Assembly (NCBI GenBank): GCA_964016885.1
Contig: OZ024742.1
Coordinates: forward strand, 257,114,001-257,178,000
Source: Eledone cirrhosa
Lineage: Eukaryota
Length of the DNA: 64,000 nucleotides
Direction of reading: 5' to 3'
The position numbers were made by a program, and so were the translations under genes. The first letter of the stretch is position 1. Each line of letters begins with the position of its first letter. The notes beneath the pieces were generated by a model. That model saw only the letters and a list, made by a program, of their open reading frames with translations, did not search any database and had not been told where the DNA came from. Of the stretch, positions 1 to 12,999 are shown one piece after another.

Positions 1-760
1 TCACCCGTATTTCCCCATTGTTTAAGGTATATATTGTGATTAATCTGTGGGAGGATTTTATCTAAAATGTTCTTACTATAATGCCAATGTCAGACTTGGA
101 AGGGCAGATGAGTCTAATCGAGGGGTTGCTAATGCAGTCCTCCTTATGGTCCTTCAGAGAGACTCTAGGGGGGTTAGGGGTATATGGTTGTGTATGTCTC
201 TGTAGTCCTAGTTTGGACACTATATTATAGCCTTCCATATTAATATCTTCTAAGTTTTTCATAGTGGTTTTCTTATAGCTTTTATGTAGTTCATTATATA
301 TAAACTTTCTATAAGTATTATAATCTAGGCTGTATATGTTATTAGTTTTGTCCGCATGTAGAATAATTGTATTACTAGTTTTGAAATCATTAATAGAGGT
401 GCTAAGTTTGTTTAAGAAGGTGTTGTTTTTATTACGGTGCTTTTTGTATTTAATATTCTTAACTAGTTTTATTAGGTCATTTTCAAAGGAGTTTAGTAGT
501 GTGTTATGAGGGGGGCTTCTAAAGGTTTTAAAGCCGAATGAGTCAAATTTGTTAGTATTATTAGCCTTGCTAGATTTGTTTTTATCATAATGGAATGTCC
601 CCCATCTCACTCTATTGATAAAGGAGTTTATACTGTCGATCAATAATTTTTCAGATGTATTTTTGGGTGGTATTGGTATGTTCTTGGTTGACATAGGGAG
701 TTGGTCTTTGATCAGCATACTGGTAATATATTGTATGTCAGCTCTACAGTATGGAGCAGT
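1..760 (-). mobile_element. Penelope-like (Naiad-type) RT N-terminal part, decayed; continues beyond window start
   Basis: ORF 62..718 has ILHADKTNNIY and LKDHKED..NPSIRLICPSKSDIG, motifs typical of Naiad-clade PLE reverse transcriptases. Confidence 0.8.
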
Positions 761-1523
761 TAATAGTATTAAGGATACTATTTATGGTTATGTATATAAT
801 AAAAACTTTTATGGTTATATATATTTAAACTCTAAATAGTGAGAGACAGTAATTCATTACTATCCTATTACCAGTAAGATAAATAGCTCAATGTAATAAC
901 ATCAGTTGTTTTACAGAGCAGTTATATAGAAATTACATGAATCAATGTTTTGCTTCTCATTTGTAATATTCTATATATCTTTGGTGTTTTTCTACAAACG
1001 GGCTTATATATCGTACGGGTGTGTGTGAAAAATGCTTTAACAATACAGCCCCCATGATGCTATTGATTGCCTGCTTTTACTGCTTGTTCTTACATGTAAC
1101 AATCTGGCGCACTATAATCCTGTATAAATAAGACACGCGTGCATGACACACGTGAGACTGTTTCATGCACACACTACTCTAAACTTTCCTCTTGCTTTAT
1201 CTTCATAAACTGCCAATGTTATATTTTTATTTTTATTTTTATTTTTATTTTTTATTCTAATTTTAACTTTAATATTGTTCTTTAATATGAATGTAACCTT
1301 TGTATGTAAATTGCCATGCTATATCATTATGATGGATGTCAACACACTGTGGGTCAATATATACATATGTTTTTGCATGTCTCTTGTGTTGATAAGGAGG
1401 GCAAGTATGTGAGAAATCACTAAATAGTTTCTACGAAGAATCTAAACCTCGGTTTGGAGGAAACAATTGTAAGCAAATAAATGATTTAAACTGAACTTTG
1501 ATTCATGCAATTTATCTCTCTCT

Positions 1524-1534
1524 CTATATATATA

Positions 1535-1615
<81 letters not shown>
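1524..1615. repeat. (TA)n microsatellite, one of dozens in the window (e.g. 8200-8475, 40288-40470, 48845-48962, 54110-54265, 56630-56912)
   Basis: Directly visible; explains the IYIYIY ORFs. Confidence 0.99.
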
Positions 1616-1621
<6 letters not shown>

Positions 1622-1667
1622 CGTAAAATAAGAAAAATTATAAAATTAACTTACTTACTAAAATTTC

Positions 1668-1750
1668 ACTCCCAACTAATTAGTTTCTGAAAGGGAATAA
1701 ACATACTTTCCGAAGAAGTGTACAGAGAAGCCTTTCGTCATCAGGGAAGT
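1668..1750 (-). ncRNA. Type I hammerhead ribozyme, intact core
   Basis: Minus strand: acttcc-CUGAUGA-c-gaaagg..cctttc-a-GAAA-ctaattag-UU-gggagt. Confidence 0.85.
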
Positions 1751-2192
1751 CTATTCTCAGCTAAGTTTCCAGGCAATACGTGGACACTGGGAACTTATAC
1801 AAAAATAATTCAGTGGATAGAAAAAAGCAAAGCGTGTACTAAATTTCTAGCCATCGAGAAAATCGCTGCCTACTGCGTCGGTGGCAAATTCAAAAGAATC
1901 AATCACGTGACATCGAGGTCAATCAGTGGAAAGTGGTTTGTTAAGAAGACAGCAGCCTGACTGTTACCATAGCAGCAGTCTTGGCCAATTTTGCTCGACA
2001 AATAATTTGGAGATAATTATAAAGAATTAGTATATCTAGTAACATATATATATACACAGATGCATACTTATGCTAGCAAATATATAGGTTTTGTCTTAGT
2101 AACTTTGGGGTTCAATGCATGCAGTTGCAGAACATTAACATGAGAGACGTAAAATAAGAAAATTATAAAATTAACTTACTTACTAAAATTTC

Positions 2193-2275
2193 ACTCCCAA
2201 CTAATTAGTTTCTGAAAGGGAATAAACATACTTTCCGAAGAAGTGTACAGAGAAGCCTTTCGTCATCAGGGAAGT
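2193..2275 (-). ncRNA. Type I hammerhead ribozyme, second tandem copy
   Basis: Same motif as 1668-1750, 525 nt away. Confidence 0.85.
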
Positions 2276-2509
2276 CTATTCTCAGCTAAGTTTCCAGGCA
2301 ATACGTGGACACTGGGAACTTATACAAAAATAATTCAGTGGATAGAAAAAAGCAAAGCGGGGACTAAATTCCTAGCCATCGAGAAAATCACTGCCTACTG
2401 CGTCGGTGGCAAATTCAAAAGAATGTTTATTCTCTTTCAGAAACTAATTAGTTGGGACGCAGTAGGCAGTGATTTTCTCGATGGCTAGGAATTTAGTCCA
2501 TGCTGGTCT

Positions 2510-2800
2510 TTTTAAGGGGATATTTAAATGAAGAAGAATGCTTATAGCATTTTGCTTTAAAAGAGATAGAAGTAGAGCCAATGTAGGTATAGGTATTGGT
2601 ACTAGTTACCACTTTACATTCATATATTATGTTTTATCGAGACAGAAATTACTAAGAGGACAATTAGTTCTAATAGAGCAGTTGTATTGATGATTAAGAT
2701 TATTTACAGTGTTATTAGCATGTGGTCCAGGGTTAATTATAAACAGCCACATTTGTTGGTTTTTTAGTGGGGGTGTAGCAATAGATAGTTCTCATTGATT
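2510..2800 (-). mobile_element. PLE GIY-YIG endonuclease relic (Naiad-type)
   Basis: Minus-strand translation with a frameshift: YNCSIRTNCPLSNFCLDK/IIYECKVVTSTNTYTYIGSTSISFK. Confidence 0.7.
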
Positions 2801-3244
2801 AGAATTATGAACAATTTTATTCCAGTCCTGAATTTCGTGTGATTTCTATTTTCTCCTATTGTCTATCTCCAATAACATTATTGTGTAATTTCTTTTCTTA
2901 ATGTAATAGCACGTTATTGAAGAGACACTTGGCTGTTATTTCTGATAGGTTGTGCAAACACATCCTCGCCCAGCATTCGCAATTTCAAACGCAAACAAAC
3001 GAATTTTTATGTAATTATTCATCATTTGTACTAATAAAATAAGGACTGCCTTTTGTAAGCAGAGTTTTCATCATTTGCAATTAATAGTGTAGTATTTAAT
3101 CAGATAAAAATCAATGAATTCCAGAGAACAGCAACAACGAAACAGTACAACTTCCACCCTCTATAACAAGTACCACATCAATAACAATAACAAATCAAAA
3201 TGGTAAATCCCACCACAAACACAACCACCATCACCTATATCATT

Positions 3245-3330
3245 AATTGTTTTTACTTTAGGCACAAGGCCAGCAATTACACAGTGCATTACTGGTATTT
3301 TATTTTATCGACCCCGTAAGGATGAAAGGC
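3245..3330 (-). mobile_element. tRNA-derived SINE, 3' fragment
   Basis: aggcacaaggccagcaatt..ttttatcgaccccgtaaggatgaaagg matches the family at 24357, 26275 and 29543. Confidence 0.85.
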
Positions 3331-4029
3331 TATATCATTAATAATTATAAAATATCAGCAAAATTACTAGTAACACATACCCTTTCAATAATAATTCAGC
3401 CAAGTAGCACAGTCGTTAGATCATTCTATTATATTTCTAGATATGTGTTCCATTACGATGTGCCCTGGGTTCAAATCATACCGACGTCGTCATTACAAAA
3501 ATCTTTTTGAGGTCGATAAGTAAAGTTCAAATATATGGTTCATTCCTCCTCTAAATCTTTTTGTCGCTTTATTTTTCCCACAGGCTACTCTATGTCTCTT
3601 GCACTCTCTTGAAGAAATTGGTTGTTTTCAAACCTCCAAATTAATGGTATTCTTTTGTTTATGTTCAAGACACGCTAAACATCAGGGCCTCGCACCTACG
3701 TGTACATCGCGAGTTAAAATCCAATAGGTGAATTTATCATCTACTCTAATTATTACTGTTGAATTTCCTCAAATAAAATAAGAAATTCAAGTTAATTACC
3801 GCAGTAGGAGCAGCAAGATCCGCAGCAACAACAACAACACATTAGAATGTTACTAAAATGGTTTTTAACAACCATCCTCGCAAAAATAAATTCATCATCA
3901 TTTATAAAAGCTTGATATTTATAACGATACCGCTAATGAAATATGTTTTTCTTCTTTCTTTTATTATATACAAACACCCACGTAAATCTATTCATATCAA
4001 ATGTCAACATTAACAAAATTTCAAGGAAT

Positions 4030-4292
4030 TATAAATGTATTTTAATCCCAATTGGGGGATTATAAACCTATTTCTATGTGAAAAGTTAGCAAAGTCTGGG
4101 GGAATTACAGACTTATTTCGATGCCCAACATTATGAGCGCCAGGCGGAATTATAACCAAATTTCTATGTCCAACATTACCAACGTCTGGAGGAATAATAA
4201 AACTATTTCTATGACCAATATTAGCAGTGATCAAAGAATTATAAAGCTATTTTTATTTCCAATATTAGCAATAACTCAAAGAATTATAACCA
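4030..4292 (-). repeat. ~45-bp minisatellite with an in-frame 15-aa repeat (NVGHRN..IIPP)
   Basis: 5-6 units visible; ORF 4010..4234. Confidence 0.75.
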
Positions 4293-6239
4293 TATGTCTA
4301 TGCACAATAATTATTCTATAAATTTATCATGTTATTTAACGGTTCAATATTAGTTGATATACCATGGAAAATATTATTTTTGTCTGTATATGTGTGTATT
4401 CGTAGGTGCATACGTGTGACTATGCGTTTGTGTGTGTCCGTATAGACGCCTCGCAAGTGGTCCAATTGCAATACGACTGGCAGTCATTTTCCATAGCATG
4501 GGGTCAATTTATATCTTCGGAGTGAAATTGTGTAGACAGACACTGCTTGGAGGCCCAAAGGTGAATCTGGCTAGGAATTACATTAAAGATACACGTGTCT
4601 GTGGAATGATCAGCCATTTACTCGTGGATTGCATGAGAGGGCTCTTCCGTTAATTGAAAGAATAGTGCACTCAAATCGAAACTGATGTAGGTCGAAGAAT
4701 GGAAAATGAAATACGTGTGCATGTATGCGTCAATATGTGTGTGGGATGTACCTGTTTATTTGTATGGTTATGTGTGAGGTGAGATGGGTGTATATGTGTC
4801 TTCTATCTCTATGTATATGGTATGTATGCATCTTTCTGTCTGTGTGTGTAGAAGTATGTGTTTCTATCTCTCCGCATCTGTGTCTGTCTGTGTATCGTAT
4901 GTGATTGTGAATCATTCTGTGTGTCTGAATATTAGCATATGTCTGTGTTTCTTCATGTGTGTGTGTGTGTATGTGTGTGTGTATTTGTGTCCATGCTTCT
5001 CTGTGTCTCAGTCTTTCTCTATATATTTAGTGTGTCTGTCCTTCTGTGATTGTGTCACTGTATGAGTGTGTATAATATGTGTGCTTGTCTATGTTTATGT
5101 GTGTACGTGCGTGGCTGTGTATGTGTGTACGTGTATATGTGTCTTCGCCTATGTATGAGGGTGTGTGCCTATGTTTGAATGTTTATGTGTATATGGTGAA
5201 TGCCTGTGTGTGTATGTGTATGGAATTCCAGAATAAGAAGCTGTCCCCCAAATCAGTAATAGATAGTTAGTGAGTGAGTGAGAAGGTGCTTACGTCTCGC
5301 TTCGGATACGTGAAAGACGATTTAACGTTGTAACAACTGCTTTAATTGTGATCAATTTTCAATGAGATATACGCAACGATTACTAAATCTAAGATATTGG
5401 CAATCGATTAAAAGGCGACAGTAAGAAATTAGACAATGACACTATTCAAAGCGTGGCCAAGTAGAAAATGTCTATTTTGTAAAAAAAAAAATGAATAAAT
5501 AGAATAAAATAGTAGAAAGTAAAATGAAAATAAAAGGGAAGACTAAAAGAAAATGGCTGCTTCTTGGTTGAATGGTATTCCTAGAATCTCTGATAATTTG
5601 TTAAAATATCCATATATCAATAATTATAAGCTATTATATGTAATTCACTTCTTTTGTCCTTTATATTTACAGCCACACACACATATTCACGTACGCTCTC
5701 AAGCCCGTATATACTCACATTAACATGTGTACACGTTACAGCAGCATGACTGATTAGTTAAGAGGTTTGCTTCGAATAATTACTTCCAGGATTCGATCCC
5801 ACATATTGCCATTTAGAGTGTCATTTACTCAGAACACTCCCGGAAATTTAAGTATTACATGTGTAAAGATTGAAAACAGTCGGTTGGGTGCTTCTCGAGT
5901 TTTAGGGATATAAACTCACACACACACACACAGACAGACATCTTCAGTTTTATATAGATAATATATGGCATATGTTACGTAGCTAACAGTATTAGATATC
6001 AGTTTTTGAGTCGATAAAAAATGTTAGCGTCCAGCAGTAACTGTTAACTGTTGAAAATGTTAAAGAGATTGAATGGTTATTTCTTTCTATCCAAACCAGC
6101 TTCGTGTATCTAACTACATCTTCCACTTCATTCCGCCAGGCTCAGCAACTGAGAGATAGTCCATTCATTTGAAATATAAACGAACGAAAGCATTATTTTG
6201 TTACTCCGATTTGACATTTTTTTATCGATTATATATATT

Positions 6240-6785
6240 CTAGCTGACGTCCCCAGTTTCGCCCGGGTAAAAAGATGATAAGAGACGACCGATAGAAGAT
6301 GTTTGGTTTAAAGTACGAGGTGAGAGTGTGGCGTGTGTGCGACGAAAAGAAAAAAAGAAAACAGTAAGAAGTGTTCCAGATTCTTCATTATACCGTCCAT
6401 GCATTATATATGAAAATGTCTAGGTGATCTCACTCGTGAACAACCTACATATAATTGTCCTTGGGTAAAAAGTGATTCTCTTGTATTCAATCCTACAACT
6501 TTGAAACTCTGAGCACGAGAATTATTTATGGTCTTACCAAAACTAGCTCTAACGGGGATTTGAAGTCTTGAGAATTTTTTTGGGCAGCTCGGTAGAAGAA
6601 GGGATTATATGTATATTGGGAATAAATACATTTCTCGTAGATGATTGCCTCCAAGAATAGTAAACACTGGGTTATGATTACTTGTCGGCTTGTTTTTTAA
6701 GCGTGTGCCATTGCATAGACGTGGCTGGTCCAGTTTTTCTCAAAACGAGGATGGAATTTCCAATCTTTTATATTATATATATAGA
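6240..6785 (-). mobile_element. Non-autonomous Helitron
   Basis: Minus strand starts TCTATATA.. and ends in the hairpin cccggg-cgaaa-ctgggg followed by CTAG. Confidence 0.7.
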
Positions 6786-7208
6786 TATAAATATGGATCA
6801 TTATATATAAATATGTGTGATTGTGTATGCGAGTGTATATACGTGCATGTGGGTGTCAGCGTAAACCAGCTCTTAAATCATTGATGCTAGCCGCGAATCA
6901 GGATCATCACTAACAACGAACACATAGATAGAATTCCCTATGTTTGTTTCGCAACCTGCGAGAAATAGTAGTCAGGATGGTAAACATACCTGGGATGTTT
7001 TTCTTCTTTTTGACGTCATAAAATGAGTATCAATAAATATTCCTGGATATACTTTTATTCTATTGCTGTACTTACTTTTCGATTGACAGCTTTTGTTATA
7101 GCGTGAGGCGCCAAGGAATTAAACCAACTAACAAACAAACATCTCTCTTTTATATTATATATATATGTATATATATATATAATATAATATATATATATAT
7201 ATGTAGTT

Positions 7209-7253
7209 AGCTTTGATAAGTACCAACAAGTACGAAAAAGAGCTCTGTCAGCT
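7209..7253 (+). ncRNA. Hammerhead motif, U3-A8 variant
   Basis: agct-UUGAUAA-gtac caacaa gtac-GAAA-aagagctctg-UC-agct. Confidence 0.6.
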
Positions 7254-7502
7254 TTATCTGCCCTGTTTACTGAACACTTATAGTAATTGAGACTGTCAAT
7301 ACTCTGAAAAAATAGTGTAAAGTCTTCGAAATGCTTTTAATTAAGCATACAGTGTATTGCAAAATACACTATATAAACATTCATATATATATGTCGTAAT
7401 TTCAGAGCACTAATTCTTATTTTCAATTTCTGCTTGACCGGCAACCGCTCTGTATAATCAGTAAAATTTCAGAGCTATAATACTAATTTTCAGCAAACAG
7501 GT

Positions 7503-7563
7503 GGAGTAGTTAGCTTTGATGAGTACCAAGATGTACGAAACAGAGCTCTGTCAGCTTTACTTC
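7503..7563 (+). ncRNA. Hammerhead motif (U3), extended bulged stem I
   Basis: ggagtag-tt-agct-UUGAUGA-gtac caagat gtac-GAAA-cagagctctg-UC-agct-ttacttc. Confidence 0.75.
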
Positions 7564-8244
7564 CCCTGTTTGCTGAAAATTCACAGTAAGTGAGAGTGTC
7601 AATACTCTAAAACAATAGCGTAAGTTCTTTTCAAAACCGTGTTTAGCAGTTGTAGTTGTTTACTTTGGCATATATCCTTGTAAACTTCCATATGTATTAC
7701 ATTGACGGCAGTCTATGTTCTGTAAAGCCGCAAATAATTTAGTGGATGTACAATCTAGTTCATATATATAAAGAGATAGAGAGTGAGAGAGAGAGAGGGG
7801 AGTAGAGAAAGAGGGAGATATATAGATATATAGTTACTCCAACAAAAAATATAATTTGTAACATAACACATATGCATATATATTTGTCCATGTATGCATG
7901 CGTATCAATACTTTTATGTATGACTGGTATTGTGAGATCCGTCGTTAATGTTGCCAGCTAGTTATGTAACTTAATATATTATTCATTCAATGTAGCTATA
8001 TATTTTACCGTTTATAAAACCTAATCCGAAATTGTACACATAGGTGTATATCACACTCACATTGTTGGGGACGGTTGTATCCTGACAGTTTTCGCCTATT
8101 ACATACACTTATGTATCTATGTCTCCATCACAATATTTAAGCGCTACTCTAACACAACGCAGTCAATATACAATTAAACCGTCAGCTATTTCTTATCTTA
8201 TATATATACATATATATATATAAAGTATATATATATATATGTGT

Positions 8245-8436
<192 letters not shown>

Positions 8437-9519
8437 TATATAATATATATATCATTATATATATTATTATATATGTGTTTTTGTGTTTGCGTGTCTGTGT
8501 GTACTTATATATGCAAACACAAATACACAGACACACAAACACACGCACTATTCATATATGTTATTCGGGGTCTCGATCTAATCTGTCGATTATATCCAGC
8601 TTCACCAACGAACGAATCTCCATATCTTTTCATTCAAACGTCATACATCACATTTCTGTGGTACTTTTCAAAACGTCACGGGATATCTTTGTAAATACCG
8701 ATGAAGAAATATTGCTTATGACAAGCAAGCATCTTGTTAAATTGTTCTGCTTGATGTTTTAGTAATGACCCCTTTCAACACGGTCGTATTCATTTCTACT
8801 TGTCTAATATTGCATTTTACTTGCTGGTTATTTACATAATTTAACCACGGGTGAGCCAGCGTCCTGGAGACCTATATTTGAAAATGACAATTCACTTTTT
8901 GATTTAATGTATATACTATACCCTCGAGTGTATTATTATAAATATTATTCCTTCCTTAAAATTGGAAATTCTGTTTCAAGTCTTCGATATTAATTCTAGT
9001 AGGTCAGTGGAATTCTAGTGGAAGTCTAGAGTTTCTCTTCTTAGAAATTAATACATATTGAATTCCATTGATGTATTGCAGGCGACGAATTGGTATAGTC
9101 ATTAGTGTGTCCGATTAAATTCCTCCGCGTTTGATGTGGCTCATCTTACTCATAGTTCAAATCATGCTGCGTCATTTTACCCCTCTCTCTCCTCTAACAT
9201 TGACGTACCCACGATATCGCCACTAGGAGGCCGGTGCGAGTGAAGCATCCTTTTATTTCTTAACTAATACAATAAATATAATATACTAAAAGTTAGACGA
9301 GCTGGGGAAAATCACACTTCTTGGTAGAATCTAGAAAGCAAAGCAGGACAGGAAACGAGACGATCATTAAATGTGTCGAAGGAAACTATATTTCCAACGA
9401 AATATATTTAAGGTGTACGATGGTTACATTTTTTAGTTAATAAGAGAAATGTGAAATATATCGAAAAAATAATTTCAACCGACCACACTACTAGTATTGA
9501 TGCTGATGCTGATGCTACT

Positions 9520-10595
9520 ACGACAACTAGTAGATGGTACAAACACATCTTTGAGTTAATGAAAGAGATTGGATCATGCATGCCAGTGTGAAGAAAAAGA
9601 TACGGAAGGAGTACATAAGAAGAATTAGACTGCTAACAAATTGTGAGTTAAACTCCTGCAACAAGTTTAAACCCATTAGCAGTCTAGCAGAAATTCCAAA
9701 CAGGGGAACTAAACCGTGAATGGAAGGAATAACCACTACATGGTGATTCCCAGAACGACTTTCTGACAATGATATCGATCAGCGTGGCTCCCTATCCTGG
9801 CTCAGAAGTGCTTATTTGAAGGTAGAGACGGAGGGACTCCTACTTGTTGCACAAGAACATTCTCTAAACACTCGGGCCCATAGAAACAGAATTTTGAAAG
9901 ATGGGACTAACCTTCGATGCAGAATATACTATATACGTGAAGAATATACTATATACAAGAATATACTATATACATGAATATACTATATACATGGTATCTT
10001 CAAGTGTCCAGCGCCGGTAAAAACTGACTATAGAGAAACATGCAACCGCATTGCCAAATATGTGCACGGGATGCTCTTCCGCTCCCATGGCATTCAAAGA
10101 TCTAAGAAATGATATGAACACCAACAAATAAGTCATAGAACAGGGCAACATATCCATCTTGTGGGATATGCCTGTGATAATTGACCAGCTATTATCATAA
10201 GGAAACAAAACTTATTAGACATGTACCTTTATAGATATTTCCGTACCAGTTGGCAAGAATACATCTATAAACATAATGGAAAACTCTCAAAATACAAAGA
10301 CCTAAAAATAGAGATCATCCGCATGGGGACGATGATCACAAACACTATCCCAGTGGTAATAGGAGCATTATGATTAATAGCAAAAATCATCAGAGCAGCA
10401 TAATAGCTTCCTTCCTTGCAAGATCAGCAAATATGAACTACAGACGATCGGGCTACTAGGAACAGCAACCATTCTTAGACGATTTCTCTCTCTACAAGTA
10501 AAACATCTATTGCCTAGGCTGAAGGAATGAACCCGGCGATAGAGAAACAAAACGGAACTAAACGAAAAAACACAAGAACAATAATAATAATAATT
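9520..10595 (+). mobile_element. R4/Dong-clade non-LTR retrotransposon relic (C-terminus, REL endonuclease)
   Basis: KVETEGLLLVAQEHSLNTRAHRNRILKDGTNLRCRI and KLSKYKDLKIEI..TIPVVIGAL; ends in (TAA)n. Confidence 0.8.
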
Positions 10596-12600
10596 TATTT
10601 CTTGGTCAAGCGGGCTGACATATAGAGACAAATACAAAAAAAAAGACAGGGACGTTGGGTGTTTATATATGAAACGTGTAAGAAATACATATAACAATAA
10701 CAAAATAACAAGAAAAGTACACAATTTAAATTCCCCAATATTTGAATAACCAAATGTACCCCCACCAGTCCCGCACACCCGGACTCTCGAGGGCACGAGG
10801 GAAGGGCATCCGTCTCCTCAAATCAACAACGTACAGGCGCATGCTCCGAGTAGGTCCATTCACACGGAGCAATCTCGCCACATTCACCCACCTTTTAGCA
10901 AATGTATTGAGTGGGCCACACTTCTCTCTCCACCCTCACCTTCTTTTCCAAGTGAAATTTAAAAACGTTGATGAGGGATTGGCCAAAGAGAAAAATGTAT
11001 GCCTTCATTCGTTTCAACCTGGTCCACCAGACAACCTCCTTTCTATCACCGCCAGACAGAAGAAAATTGCGTGCCTTTTCTGGCCAAAAGAAGGCGGCGG
11101 TTCGCTCTTCACTGTCGACTCGGCCGACATCAGCTGTTTGAGATAACTCCACAAGTAAGTATTGCATGGACACTCGACGAATAGGTGTAGATCGGATTCG
11201 TCACTCTGCGCACCTCTCGTGTTGCTCCGTATGACAGCAACTCCATGCCTTTTGAGTTTATCTCGAACTGGCAGTGCCCCCTCCTTAGCACTGTGATGCG
11301 AGTGATTTCTGGAAATTATCCATAGATACAGGTTCGATGGTCTTACGGAACTGACTGCTCAGTTCGACTTCCCCGACGACTAGAACTTATCTGTGTCTGT
11401 CGTCGCACTAGACCACCAGTAATCCTCTATATCACTGGAGAGTGGAAGTTCAACTGACCGCATTGCTACTTTGGCAGAGGGCAGCGAACGCCTGGCAACA
11501 TTCCAGATGCCAGCCGTGCAGTCTCGATCACTCAGTAAAGAGACGAGCTGAGGAAAGACCTATCTGTCAAATGGCGGCCACCCCTGTTCATCGTTTAGGC
11601 AAAATATATGGAGATGCTGCAGCCTCAGTGCATATTTTCATATATTTCACTGTCGCATGCCCAGCCTCTGACGAAGAGCGTCCATGCAGCAGATAGACCG
11701 CCTCACAAACAGATGGTGTGTAATCTGAAGTAGATGAGAGAGGGTGATATGTTGCCCTGTTCTATGACTGATTTGTTGATGTTCATATCATTTCTTAGAT
11801 GTTTGGATTCCATGAGAGCGACAGAGCATCCTGTGCACATATTTGGCAATGCGGTTGCATTGCCAGATATGTGCACAGGATGCAACAGTTTCAGCTTCCG
11901 CAGTAAAGACTCCAGAGTCAAGACGTGCTGAAGGGAGGAGAGAGGTAACATTGACAGTCTGATCTGGAGATCAGAAACGGTTCCGAAATGTTTCCATTAA
12001 CTTTCACCACCAAGCAGATGCCGCTGTGTATTGTAGCGCTCCAGTTACAGAAGACCAGACCGAAGCCCTAAGCCTTGAAGACAGGCCCCAGGTATCGATC
12101 GTTGAGCCTATCAACATTTGTTTATATATCCAAATTGATTAGACAAAAGCCAGCTTTACACAGTATCCTCTCTATGATGCATCGCATGAGATGGTGGTTG
12201 TCGTGTATTTATCTGGTTGGGATTACGCAAGTTTGCGCCTCCCCTACCAAATTCTCGACGACAGGCACCACCTTCTTTAATTGTCTTGTTTTCGTCTTTC
12301 CTCGTCGGCGTAAGTACGGCCCGGCTCACACAACTTCGAATACTCCAGCTGCAGTAGACCGCTTCGAGCGAACAAGTCTGGCCAGTCTACGTAAAACTCG
12401 TAGAACAGACAATCCTAGCCCGTTTGATTGTGCCTCGTACAGCCAACCACCTTTTTCTAGGAAAAACGTCCTTCCCTCGAGATCTAAGCATTTTCTAAAC
12501 AGACTTCCACTTCACCTCCCATTCCAGGCCGACTCAGCAATGTAAAGATAGTCGTCGAAAATGTTGGAAATCCTGGTTTCACCGACGGCTTTCTAAGATA
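10595..12600 (-). mobile_element. Tx1/L1-clade LINE ORF2 relic
   Basis: Minus strand LINLD..DRLNDRYL..GFG..VKVNGNISEPFLISRS..LESLLRKL and C-terminal KEVVWWTR..FKFHLEKKVRVERE; many stops. Confidence 0.75.
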
Positions 12601-12999
12601 TATCTAGTTAAATGAGTTCATTCAGCAAGCTTTTATATCGAGACCAGGCTAGGAACATTTAAACAACACTTTACTTAGGCATGTTGACTGGTTAATAAAG
12701 GGAGAATATATTTTCTTACCTTCATGGTATTCGTGACATTCGGGTGGGGTTACACCTCCATCTTTTGTGGGGTTGTATTTGTGAACCTCTTTAAATGCCT
12801 GATCATCGCTTTTATATTAGGATTTCCAATTTCATGTGGAAAGCTCTCCCTAAAGATATTTTATGTATTCAGCGACATTCGTAACATCACTAGATTGTGC
12901 AGCACTCGAAATGTGATAGCACCAAAATTCACCCCTTATTTTCGGTGTCTTTGCTTCGGGCTATGCGAGCTACTAGTTTATCCTTGGCCCCTATTAGTA

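Larger units (their letters stand above)
1616..2422 (-). mobile_element. 525-bp head-to-tail repeat (1.5 units) with one hammerhead per unit; retrozyme/pLTR-like
   Basis: 1616-2140 is repeated almost identically from 2141; homologue at 59632-60219; abuts (TA)n. Confidence 0.85.

Noticed and set aside
1731-1744. CTGATGA-C-GAAA read as an ultra-minimal hammerhead
   Set aside because: That GAAA is the 5' arm of stem II; comparison with 59683 supports the longer fold
1718-2488. Duplicated 80-aa ORFs (MYREAFRHQG..)
   Set aside because: GTG starts, antisense to the ribozyme, and not preserved in the homologue at 59632
9921-9992. Four ~18-20-bp repeats resembling a CRISPR array
   Set aside because: No spacers; slippage duplication inside an R4 relic in eukaryotic DNA
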